DNA from: Harriotta raleighana
Taxonomy: Eukaryota
Direction: 5' to 3'
Assembly: GCA_050575255.1 (NCBI GenBank)
Contig: JBNZDD010013730.1
Location: forward strand, 6,903,498-6,967,497
Length of the DNA: 64,000 nucleotides
A program made the position numbers and the translations under genes. How positions within the stretch are numbered: position 1 is the stretch's first letter; every line of letters begins with the position of its first letter. Shown here in pieces: positions 1 through 11,370 of this stretch. Below the pieces are notes generated by a model, which saw only the letters and a list, made by a program, of their open reading frames with translations, did not search any database and had not been told where the DNA came from.

Positions 1-372
1 AGAGAGAGAGGGAGGGTGGGGAGGGGGAGAGAGAGAGGAAGGGAGTGGGGGAGAGAGAGGGAGGGTGGGGGAAGGAGAGAGAGAGGGTGAGGATGGGGAG
101 AGAGAGGGAGTGAGAGAGACAGGGTGGGGGAGGGAGGGAGGGAGGTAGATAGAGGCTTGGGGGAAATGGATAGAGACTTGGGGAGGGTCAGAGGATGGAG
201 TGAGTGTGAGAGGGAGATAGATAGACGCTTGGGGGTGAGGAGAGAGGAGATCGGAGAGGTGGGGGTGAGGGGGGGGCAGAGGAGTGAAGGATCTTGAAAT
301 GGATTCTCTCCGGGACAGGGAGCCTGGGGAGGATTGGGGGGGGGGGGGGGGGGGGGTGGGGGGTAATGGGGA
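1..372. repeat. GA/G-rich low-complexity tract with poly-G run
   Basis: Purine-rich (GA)n/(GGGA)n sequence with a long G run near 337-356, seen directly. Confidence 0.95.
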
Positions 373-402
373 GTGAAGTTTGGTGAGGGTGACCTCATCT
401 TT

Positions 403-545
403 GAACATAAGAACGTGGGAATAAGGAGCAGGATTAGGGCATTCAGTCCCTTGAGCCCGCTCCGACATTTAATAAAACTCCCACCTTCCCGTCCGCCACA
501 TCCCCATATCCCTTAATCCCTCTAAACATAAGAAATCTGTTAATC
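403..545 (-). mobile_element. CR1 LINE 3' end fragment
   Basis: gaacataagaac...ggagcaggattagggcattcagtcccttgagcccgctccgacatt...ccccatatcccttaatccct resembles the reverse complement of chondrichthyan CR1 3' UTRs (recalled consensus). Confidence 0.75.
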
Positions 546-560
546 TACTCTCCTATACAT

Positions 561-605
561 ACACTCACTCACTCACTCACTCACTCACTCACTCACTCAC
601 TCACT
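561..605. repeat. (CACT)n microsatellite
   Basis: About 11 perfect actc/cact units. Confidence 0.95.
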
Positions 606-627
606 CCCACACAGAGAGAGAGAGAGA

Positions 628-892
628 CACACACAAACTGATACACACGCCTAATAATAATCCCTCCATCCCCCCACACACAGCAGCATCCCCCCACCCC
701 CCACACACAACAGCGTCCCCCACACACGGGAGGGACGCTGCTGTGTGTGTGTGTGTGTGGNCACACACAAACTGATACACACACCTAATAATAATCCCCC
801 CACCCCCCACACACAGCAGCATCCCCCCACCCCCCACACACAGCAGCGTCCCCCACACACGGGAGGGACGCTGCTGTGTGTGTGTGTGTGTG
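628..892 (+). repeat. Duplicated ~132-bp unit of SINE remnants, C-rich minisatellite and (GT)n, copies separated by a single N
   Basis: 628-760 and 762-892 are near-identical; each has cctaataataatccc and gggacgctgctgtgtg as in the local SINE. Confidence 0.85.
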
Positions 893-1929
893 NAGGGAGA
901 GAGAGAGAGGGAGAGAGCTGTTGTTGAGGGCCATGTGGTAGTAAGATTGAACTCAAGACAAAACTCTCAAAACAAGGAACAAAAGGCCACGTTACTTGTT
1001 CAATTCACAGGCAGGTCAGGCTGATCTCCCACGAGTGTTATTCTTATTATATTACTATATTATTATCATCGTCTTTAAAGGGGGAACCGTTAATCGCCTT
1101 AGGTGATAACTGTGTCACAGGGCAGGTCACCCACAAGATCCTTATTTCATTCTTGCCTCTTAAATGGGACTGGCGTGTGTGTGTGTGAGGTACCAGTCAG
1201 TCCTTGTCGATCAGCAAATGCTGGCTGATCGGACAATTCTGCAAAGAAATCAGGGTTTGTTTTTACTTCAAGAAAAATCGAGCTGCGCGAAAGAAAAGGG
1301 GTGTGTGTGTGTGTGTGTGGGGTGGGTGGGTGATTATTAGGGGTGTTTAGTCACCTCTGATCATCCATTTAACTCGCAGCCAAGCCATGTGTCATATTGT
1401 TGCCCTACACAAAGAGGCGTTATATTTATTGTGTCAGAGACTTGTAATTTGTTCCCTCTTGAAACACGAAACGCTCTCTATTTTACCCCACCCCCCCCCA
1501 CAAATCTCTATCTCTCTCTCTCACACACACACAAAATAGTTTGGGTTGGATTTTCGAGAAATTGGATTTCAATGCATGGAAATTGTGCTCAACAGCAAAC
1601 AAAAAGGGAAGGAGAAGAGAGGGTAGAGGGAAGAAGGGAGAGGGANTTGGATTTCAATGCATGGAAATTGTGCTCAACAGCAAACAAAAAGGGAAGAAGG
1701 GAGAGGGGGAGAGAGAGAGGGGGGGAGGCTGGTGGATCACACATTAGAAAGGTCGAGCTTCTCACTTCAAGACAATGCCTGGAGTAAAGTGCTGTGGTTT
1801 GTGCAGAGAGAAGTGCAAAGAGGGGAGAGTGAAAAGAGAGTGAGACCATTGCACTTGGGAGCGTTTCAGTCTTATCCCGGATTTATAAAAAAGAGAAAGA
1901 TTTAAGAAGCATTTTCTCAGTTCCCACAG

Positions 1930-2027
1930 ACTGGAGGCCAGCCATTCAGTTGCTTTGTTTACACTGACNAGCCTCCATTACAAGACCTGTGACATGGAGA
2001 ACGCCAAGCAGCAGATACTGAAGGAAG
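1930..2027 (+). other. Candidate exon (unassigned transcript)
   Basis: Acceptor ttttctcagttcccacag|A, donor GAAG|gtaatt; one frame open (LEASHSVALFTLXSLHYKTCDMENAKQQILKE), ATG at 1994 in gacATGg context. Confidence 0.45.
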
Positions 2028-2565
2028 GTAATTGTTAATGTGACAGACCCCCCCCCCCCCCCCCCCCAGTGATCCAATGAGGTGACCCTGGGTTATAGTA
2101 TGGTTATTCATGGTTAAAATGGTAAAGAAAATCTCCCAAACGTGAAAAGAATTTGGACTTGGTGTACTACCAATAGGCTGGGGGCAAGAACATAATAAAT
2201 CATCATCTGCAAACACTCCCAATATATTATTTATTGGGGGGAAATTAACACATCTGGATAGAAAGGCAACATGACTATTTACACATCTTACTGTTGATGT
2301 GTACTTTAGTTCGAAACTTCATCTGGGTTTAATGAGGTATTAATTCTGAAGATTGGTCACATCTAATGTAACGAGTAGTTGCGGGTGCCTGACAGAACTT
2401 GGAGAAACATTTCCAGAGTGGAAGGATCTGAATGACGCCTGTGTAGTTTTATAACTGCAAATATCATTGCCATTTACACTGAGTTTGGGTCCTGAATTTT
2501 AATCGCAATCCGGCCATTTCCTCAGAGTCTGATCACACAGGGGTTCTTTGTTCACTCATAAACAG

Positions 2566-2595
2566 ATGTTTTAAAATATGAGGAGAAATCTCTGG
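2566..2595 (+). other. Candidate 30-nt exon, phase 1-1
   Basis: ctttgttcactcataaacag|ATGTTTT...CTGG|gtaagc; continues the 1930-2027 frame (DVLKYEEKSL). Confidence 0.45.
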
Positions 2596-3226
2596 GTAAG
2601 CCCTGTGCTCCAGTTTGGAAGCAAGAAGCAAAATGTCATCTTAGTCAGACATCAATCCTTTAGTTGGTGTATCAAATGTTAAAGAATCTTTTGGGAAATC
2701 CTGACTGTAAACTTGAGAAAACATGGTCGAATTATTTAATTACAAAGCAGATGTCTTCTATACTTTAATCCTGAGTAGGACTAATCTGAAACTTGTCCTT
2801 ATATAATTATCTGAAAGACACTTTATCAATATTAATGAGTTATTCTCAAAAGCTGGCATGCACATATGCCCATGATTTACCAAGAACAGTCAGAGTTTAA
2901 CGCTTCTTTGTCAGTGATTTATTGCATTTGATAAACATTTCTCTCTTGAACAGAAGTTTTAAACTCAAAAGATTGATAATGGGATTGCCGTGATATCATG
3001 TTTGTAACCGTTAACAGTTTCTGTTGAAAATATCATCCGAGGGATGATATTATCCAAATTCTACCCTAACCTGAAAATTCAACAGAAATGAGCGATTTTA
3101 AAACATTCCAGAGATGCTGTTATCACTGTGAAAGAAATACAAATTCTCTGACTTTATGCTCAACAACATCAAAAAGCACAACAATTATTTAGCACTTATT
3201 TTGCTCTCTGTTTTACTGTATTTTAG

Positions 3227-3460
3227 GAAATTCTTGTCCATGATAATAAGAAAGCTGTTCCAAGATGGCAAAGGCTCACTCCCTTCACAAAATGTATGAA
3301 TGACATTGTGGCCGTGGTTATTTTAAATCCTGAGAGAAAAGTTCAAATGTCTGAGCCATCATATGACAGATTGATAGACCAGATTGATTCAGGCCTCCTA
3401 CAACAGACTGGTCGACTACATGAAAATGATAAAAATATTGACCAGTCCTCCACACTTTGA
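3227..3460 (+). other. Candidate terminal exon with 77 stop-free codons, product unrecognised
   Basis: Strong acceptor ttttgctctctgttttactgtattttag|GAA; reads EILVHDNKKAVPRWQRLTPFTKCMNDIVAVVILNPERK...DQSSTL*; AATAAA pair near 4661-4673 followed by a T run. Confidence 0.35.
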
Positions 3461-5037
3461 TATAAAAAGAAAAAGTTCACGCAAGGTAAAAATAGTAATC
3501 TATTAGATGTTACATCTTGCATGCTAACATCAACACTTGCCTTGTGGACCAGATAGAGCATTGCATATTTCACTCTGAAGCAAGTTTACTCGCTAATGGG
3601 TGGCAAGTTCAATGTTACAGAGCATGTACAGGATAATCACTCAAACACAATGTCTACTAAAATGCATGAACCAAGGAAAATAACTTTGTTTTCAGTGTCC
3701 TTTCCTCAAAATTGTGTTGTGTGAATTTTAAAAATATTTACCTTTTGTGTGTATACATTTGTTTCCGACCTAACAATGTTCTGAGAATTTAAAACAAAAA
3801 TTACAATACTAAAGGCCGGAAAAAAGACCCAACAAAAAGTGACAGGAAACTGTATTTGCAATTAGTATTATGCTTGGATCTGAACGTTTATACAACAATA
3901 GTTACTAGAGTAGTCATAGCCATCCACTATTTTACCACAACAACATTGAAGAATACATAAGACATATAAGTATCTTATTTTTTAAAAGGAGTTACAAATA
4001 TTGCTGACAACTCAATCAGCAGTAATTTCTTACTTGTTATACTTAAAAGGTTTTCAACATTTCCTTGCAGTCTTGGGAGGAGCAATGATACTTCACGTCA
4101 GTTAAGGGTTGGGCTTTTTTGGAGTTTGGGCAATTGCTGTGTTTATGGCTTTATTACAAATTGGAAATTTGCTCTTGTGTGGCATTACCTGCATTGCCAT
4201 GATTAAGAAACATTAGCATTCATCTATAGAGGGCACCTGAGGGTAAACAAAGTCAAATCTGGGGTTCAAAGCCTCCAAATCGAAATATAACAATTCACTT
4301 TTGGTGATACTGAGCTAATGAACAAGATTTCGAATTACAACATAGGTAGCAGGGGATCTATGCCATTTAAAATGATTTGGACCTCTCTATATTCACTGTA
4401 TTTGTAGTTGTACTTTTGTTTACTACAGCAATTATTTAACACATTACAAATAGAGACTGGATACCAAATTGCATAATTATATTGCAAAATAAGGCAACTG
4501 ACTCTAAAGCTAAGGTAACCTCACAGTGATACCACATAGCATTACGAAATTTACTTATCAATTTTAAAAGTTATTCTATTGAGCAAATGATGGATACCAA
4601 GAAACACTGTTGACATTTTTATCTGCTGTAGTCATTTTAAGCTTAGCAGGTTAAACGTTAAATAAAAATAAAATGGTACACTACTGTATTTTTTTTTTAA
4701 AAACTTATGAAAGGCTGATACTTCAATGTTTTATATCTGAACCTTTCAATGTCAAATATGCACGTTCAGTTCAGCCTATATCACGATAACGCCATGAAAT
4801 CAAACATTAATTATTTCAAGGTAGGTAGACAGAACCTGATCATACTAGATCATGGCTTCAGTGCTACATGGTGGCTATGTACATTCCCTAAAATAGTTCA
4901 TACATACAATATGTAATTGCTGTAATGTGGTGTCTGATCACAATTAACCTAATTGCAATTGTATGAAATGAAGGATATTTAACAATTTGTGGAGATACTT
5001 TTGTGAAATAAGTCCTGTAATGTGCATAATATTTTAG

Positions 5038-5200
5038 AACAACAACAACAACTTGGATTTATATAGCACCCTTCACGCCAGACGGCATCTCAGAGCGCTT
5101 CACGATAACGGATCCCGGAGGCCGAGCCAGTGGGAGGAGAAAAAAGGTGAACAAAAGCATGGTCGAAAAGAAAGATCTTTAGCCATGATCTGAAAATGGG
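5038..5200 (-). mobile_element. L2 LINE 3' end fragment
   Basis: (caa)n tail then atttatatagcacccttcacgccagacggcatctcagagcgcttcac; same subfamily as 27945-28080 in opposite orientation. Confidence 0.8.
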
Positions 5201-5239
5201 AAAAGAGAGGACGATAAAATCAAGAACATGTAGCATTCA

Positions 5240-5988
5240 TGCTTTGTAATGTCAGCCAAATGGTCCTAATGAAGATTATTGCTATGTAGATGGCAGGACT
5301 TAAGTTGGTCAGTAATATTAAAAATGGTGAGACATGTGTGGCTTCTGATGATATATCAGACTTCACGCTTCGTTCTAACTGAACTTCCCATTACCCTGAA
5401 GTTCATTAAGATAGAATTGATGTACTCTGGTGTCACATTACTTCCCATTAAACTCATACATTAACTATTCATCAGAAAATATAGGTTGTTTCATTTAATG
5501 CATACGAATGCAAAACATGATTTTCTTGCCTGTTGCTGCTTCTTGAAGTAGGGCAAATGTGCAAGATCAATTTCCATTCTAAACCATATATTTTCACCTT
5601 TAAAGGCATATGTTTGAGTCTATCCTTGTTTCAAGCAGAATTTAATCAGGAATAAACATTCTTAACGATTGTTGTCTGCACACATTTTGTATGCAGTACT
5701 TTTTTATTTAATAAACAGTGATGTAAACATGTTTTTGATTACTGTATTCTTATCCAGGAATTGGGTTATTATTTTCCTCATTAATTGACATAGGAGGGAG
5801 TATTGCAATTTTTTAGGAGATGTGAATCCGGATCAGCTTTGATGGTTCATATCTGACTCCCCATCCTGAGATAGGCCACAGGAATGCAACTACCAATCAC
5901 CATTTATAATATTTACAGACCATGTTAAATCCTGTGGTCTATGCATCAATAAACCTCATTAGGACCATTTTGTTGACATCAGAAAGCA
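5240..5988. mobile_element. Old inverted-repeat element (putative non-autonomous DNA transposon)
   Basis: 5240-5330 aligns to the reverse complement of 5897-5988 at roughly 80% identity by eye. Confidence 0.6.
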
Positions 5989-7234
5989 CCAATAGTATTT
6001 TGCAAACATAATGATGGATCAAGGACATGCTGATAAGCATTGCAAGCAAAAAGCCCACATCATCCACCACCAACAGTGCAAAGAACAGTAAATAACAACA
6101 AAATTAAAGCTATTTTAGGGAGTAAGTTCACCCCTACAACCACAGAGTTGTGGCACAGCCTGGCTGTAAACTACTCATGGGTTTCCTTTATAGATTATGA
6201 TGTTATTTGAACTCACCAGTTAGTTTACATTCTTAATCATGGAGATGCATTATTCTCAAATAAAATGGATCTCAGAACATTGCACTGTGAAATAACATTA
6301 AAGGTAATACATGCTTTGGAATTGCTGTAGATTAACCATGAAAATAAACACATTGGACACATGTTAGTGAAACTCTGTAAAGTACAATGTTCTCCTCAGA
6401 CAGGGCAAGAGCAATTAATAATGGATGATATAAATCTAACTTCCTGCTTCCATATACTTTCTGAAATGTAAAAGGAGACTGACTGCAAAGGCTTTTACAT
6501 TTATACAGTAGAGTACTATGATTTCAAACGACGTGTGTTCAAACAATACTCCTTGATTCCCATTATCATTTCCCATTTTACGAATACATACTGATGTCAC
6601 ATCTTACCAATACTTACAGCTTGTGAGAATAGAAAGATAATTGTGGCTCGCTCCCCAACAGAAGGAAATGGAGGAAGCGATTAATTTGAGAAAATAGATG
6701 CTCAAAGCGAATTTATAGTTGCATCACATCACAGATGGACTGTTGTGCAATCTACCTCATGCTGGCAAAGGTTTCTTGACCTGATGTGTAGGTGGAGCCG
6801 AAACATTGGCATAGTTTGTACAGCTTCAGTGAAAGATCACTCTATTAATAGAAAACTTGGATTGCTTCAGCAGCAGTTTGTAGTAAGGATTGGTACATCA
6901 CTTCAACTGAAGGAGTTTGTGTGAGGACAAGAGGCCTTCAGAGGGGAATAAAATCTGTGCTGTAAGTTGTGGAGCCACTTTTCTGTTTACTTTACGCAAC
7001 TCCTTTTTCTCCATCTGCTGCAAACAAAATGAGCACACTTAAAATTAACAGCAGCATTAGTTGGACTTTGACTTCAAGCCTACTGCATTGAAGTATAAAA
7101 CAAGTATACAGTAAGTGCCAGCATTAATCAGACCATTCAGGAGGAAAGCGAGGGGAAGAGTGAACAAAAAACACACTATTAAAAGGATCGATTTAAAACT
7201 AAAACAAAATGCTATTAACTTTTCTATTCTTTTC

Positions 7235-7420
7235 TATCCTTTCCTCCTTCAAGGCTGGTCTCAAGACCTTCCTCTTCGACCGTGCCTTCGACTCCCCCCA
7301 CTAACTCTTCACCCTCTCCCACTCTCCTTCCCCTTCCCCCTACCTCCGACCCCCCCCACCCTGCTCGGGTCCCGACGTGAAAGGCGCTATACAAGTGTAA
7401 TTTTGTTGCTGTTGTTGTTG
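7235..7420 (+). mobile_element. L2 LINE 3' end
   Basis: tccttcaaggctggtctcaagaccttcctcttcgaccgtgccttc, C-rich UTR, cgtgaaaggcgctatacaagtgtaatt and (gtt)n tail; a second bare tail follows at about 7468-7510. Confidence 0.85.
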
Positions 7421-7584
7421 TATCTGTCTTTGTTCAAGCAGTGAGTGCTGTGTTCAAACTGTTCAAACTGTGAAAGGCACTATATAAATGTAATTTGTTG
7501 TTGTTGTTGATGATGACCTAATCATGGAAACTAGCTTTCAGAAAGTACTGGATGAAACAGTCACAGACGAGAATCACAACCCAG

Positions 7585-7650
7585 AAACAACCAACAATAA
7601 CTACTTGTATTTATATAGCGCCTTTAACGCCAGACAGCATCTCAGAGTGT
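7585..7650 (-). mobile_element. L2 3' tail fragment
   Basis: caacaataactacttgtatttatatagcgcctttaacgccagacagcatctcagagtg. Confidence 0.75.
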
Positions 7651-8029
7651 TTGATGGAATGGAAGGCTTCAGTTGCAGTTTATTTCAACTTTGAACATTA
7701 ATGTACCTCTCACCAAGGCAGCCCAAGTACAAGAATTGTAACCAGATCACTAGTGATATGAACAATTACTTTTACATAACTTAAGACAGAACTAGAAAGA
7801 AAAATTGATAATGATGGATTGTAACGGAATATTAATTTAGGGGTTCTTCATGCTGAGATTCCTTCTATAGGCGTTGAACAATCTGAAAACTGCAAAATGC
7901 TCACCATATCACATCTATTCAGCTCCAGACACCCCCAAACTCACTACCCCCCCTTTCAGGCTAGCCACACAGTAAGAAAAGATTGGGATTATTTCATCAT
8001 CTCGGTCTATATTAATACCCATAACTTTC

Positions 8030-8184
8030 GATTTGCTTCCTAACCAGATGTTATCAAGGTTTTTTATTGAAAGAAAAACAATCACTTTTCCATCAGTTGC
8101 CTTCAGTGGCCATCTGTTCCATGTATGATTCAATCTATGGGAAAAGCACAATTCCTTTAACCTTTTACCTTGCTTGAAGTTCAT
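8030..8184 (-). mobile_element. Degenerate CR1 ORF2 C-terminus
   Basis: Translation LCFSHRLNHTWNRWP...KNLDNIW resembles the CR1 motif FFSxRVVxxWNxLP...FKxxLD. Confidence 0.6.
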
Positions 8185-8214
8185 TCATTTGTGAGAGAAA
8201 CTCGTGCTCTCTTT

Positions 8215-8312
8215 TCATAGAATCTTACAGCATAGAAGGAGGCAATTGGGCCCATCGTGCATGTGTCGACTCTTTGAAAGAGCTATCCAACTGATCCTAC
8301 TCTCCCACTTCT
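8215..8312 (-). mobile_element. CR1 3' end fragment
   Basis: catagaatcttacagcatagaaggaggcaattgggcccatcgtgcatgtgtcgactctttgaaagagctatccaa resembles shark CR1 tails. Confidence 0.75.
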
Positions 8313-9202
8313 TACTCTTCTTGTTCTGCAACCACTATCCAAGCTAAATATCAGTGTTCACATCTACATCTCAATACCTTAAGGGTTTAGATACTTCAAA
8401 GAAATAACTTTATAGTTTTGCCACTTTCGAGTTAGGTGGATAATTACCATAACACAAAATAATAAATATTGATTCAGTGGTATGGTACTGTATTGTGAAC
8501 TTATTTTTCTAACCCGCATAACTATATTAAAGTACATTATACATGTTAAAGTAACTCAGTACAGTTACATTGCTACTAGGGAAAGATATGCAGTTGAATA
8601 TTAAGTAGATTTTATTATACAGACCATCATTTATTTACTAATACAAATTTGAAACTTTGAATATTACAAGCCAAAGGGTTAGCACTGTATATGGTATAAG
8701 GAACATGGTAAGTAGCAGTGACCTTAGGGAGTGAATCAGTTTCACAGACCTGCTGATGAGTTTGCACTGTTTGAATTTTGCAGTTACAGGTCGTGATGTA
8801 ATCAGAACTGCTCGATTGAATTACTTAACTGTATCCCATTGCTATTTGTCAGTTATCTTATATTTATTCACAAAGCCCTGTGGTAAAGATTCTTCAGTGC
8901 TGCTCTGCTTGCAGTATTCAGAATAAGGCACCATCACCACAACCACCTTAGCTGATGTGTGCAAAGGTCCCCCGAGCTGTACTGAATTCATACCTGCTAA
9001 CGATTATCAGATTCATCAATGTAGTACAGATCACCACGTGATGCAGGCACGTATAAATACTCCCCCCGAGTAGTAATTTTACATAGCCAAGAGCCATCAT
9101 TCATCTTACTATTATTATTTGTAAAATGTCAAAGTCTGAAGAATTGATTGACCAATATTATATGTTTAGATTCAGGAATATTTCTGATACTTCAGCCTGC
9201 TG

Positions 9203-9335
9203 TCAGCCTGGTTCAGTTGTTAGCGTCCTTTGCTCTGAGTAACTTTGTGAGATCAAACACGGTCCCAGATTTTGAGATCGTTGGTGAAGATGACATTCCA
9301 ACCCAGTGCTAGGGTGCCATACATTATTAGATGTG
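9203..9335 (+). mobile_element. Old tRNA-headed Deu-SINE (SacSINE1-like) 5' part
   Basis: tggttcagttgttagcgtcctttgctctgagt is a degenerate A-box head similar to 40452 and 62285. Confidence 0.5.
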
Positions 9336-11281
9336 ATGGTTATGTGCATTCATATTAGTTTAATATGGTATAACTGCTGGTTTAAACAAATTGTTATAAA
9401 CAACTGATTTCCAAAGATTTAGATCAATAATCTGAATACAGTACAGTATATACATATTAGGCATCCACTGTGTACATTTTTTCTGACAAAGTTATGTTTC
9501 ATGATTACCAGGAAGGCCACATTTTCAATTCCCTGTCTACAGTAACAGTCCTCATTAATATCAAAAATGCAAAGTGTTGATAGTTTGGTAAAATTATTTG
9601 ACATGCTGTGATGACAACAATTTCACTGATTTCAGACATAAAGAAATACTGAATGAATACAAAAGATAAAATTGATATAAATTTTGATGAACTTTATTTT
9701 AATAATTTTGGTTGTGTAGTATATCTTTATCTGACTTTAAATTAGACACTATTAATAAGGGTCCAGTCAATCATTCAGTGTAACAATGATGGGCTATTAC
9801 TGTAACATGATAAACTGGATGGCTCTGATCTGCTCTGCATTCTCTTAAATATCCTCGTCTGTCTTATCTGACAACTGCTGGATGGATGCATTGCCAGCTG
9901 TTCCATTTTATTCTACAAGCTCCTTTGCATAATAAGTAGTAAGGATTGCAGCATTCACTGGAATGGTAATACTGTAATAATGTGGCCTGAATGATTTTCA
10001 GGGTCATTTGTTTGTTTAACTGAACCACTTGTATTGTGGTAAGGTAATATTTGCTAAACTAAGCATACTACTGGTTAATTGGGCTCAGGTTAAGTTGTAA
10101 TCAAATTAGATAGGTCTATTCATGGTATACTGACAGTATAATGAAATTGTAGAACAAATTCAAATGTTTGCATTTTCAATCTGATTTGCTAGTTATTTTG
10201 TGATTACCAGTTGAGACTTATTAATTGTACTTTTTTATTTTACTTTAACATTTTTTCTCTAAAATTCTTTTGATTTTTTTCATATCCTAAAATTTAGGAA
10301 ATATTAAATATGTTCACATTATTGTGTCCATTCAAAAATACTTATTCTTTTGTTACACAGGTTTTACTTTTCAATGTTGCTGCTCTTTTAATCCCCAAAT
10401 CTTTATTATTATTTATTATGGATCCTTTACTATTTCCTAAATTTCCTGTAGGAAAACCCCACCCGTGGTTGACCCTATGTAAGCCCAAACATACAGTGAG
10501 TTCTGATGTGCCTCTGAATAACACTGAACTACATCACAGAATTCTAATATAATAACTAAATTTCAACATTAACATCATCAATTTGTGTTTGGAAACATAA
10601 TTTTCATTAAAATGCATCGGGGCAAACAACATATACAATGGGATTTGTTGTTTTATGCAGAAACAATGAGTCAGATCTACAGCATTAACTTTCCCTTTTG
10701 GTATGTATGTACAGTTGCATGAATTCTTCAGTATTCTTTGATAAACCACTATGTCCTTCTGTGTGCATATTTATTCTGCAGTTTGTGAAACATATTATCA
10801 AACCAACAAATGTCTTGAGTAATCTTTCAATTGCCAACGCATTTTGTGATTTGGAACAACTTTCTACAAACAACATCCGTTAACAAATTAACCAATACAG
10901 ATCAGCTCTCGTGTTGCGGAAACAAATTCACCAGTACAGAAAGAGTGTCAAAAGACCTGAACAAGAAGTTAAAATGAAAGTGTTAGTGACATAGCTCAAC
11001 CATGTTGCTTGTTTAAAAAAAATCTCTGATCTATTCTCTGCCTATCATATTGTACACGGGAAAATGAGTAGCTGATTTCCATCCAGGCCTCCAGCAATGC
11101 TATTCTGTCAGCTGTCTGCAGCAATGCCGTGAATCTCTTTCACTTTTCCGTAGATGTATCTCTAGGCTCCTGATGGAACCTAAGGTTGGTTATTCAGTGG
11201 CAAAGGAAATTTAATCTGGGTCTCTCATTGCTGAAGGCAGCATATATTGCCACTGTTACTCGCTCTGATACACCCCGTGTG

Positions 11282-11370
11282 AATAATAATAATCCTTGCT
11301 TTGATATAGCGCTTTATTACGTCTTCGAGACGTCTCAAAGCCCTACACAGAATATTCTGTGAAGTGAATT
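11282..11370 (-). mobile_element. (ATT)n-tailed SINE, 3' fragment
   Basis: Reverse complement of the tail of the 31621-31920 copy. Confidence 0.85.

Noticed and set aside
593-956. ORF-track peptides rich in C/V/G/H/T
   Set aside because: Translations of microsatellite and minisatellite sequence spanning Ns.
1562-1705. Tandem duplication of ttggatttcaatgcatggaaattgtgctcaacagcaaacaaaaagggaag
   Set aside because: Copies are separated by a single N; likely overlapping contig ends or haplotypes, an assembly artefact (same for 628-892).
9033-9060. E-box CACGTG followed by TATAAATA
   Set aside because: Short motifs expected by chance; no downstream exon or CpG support.
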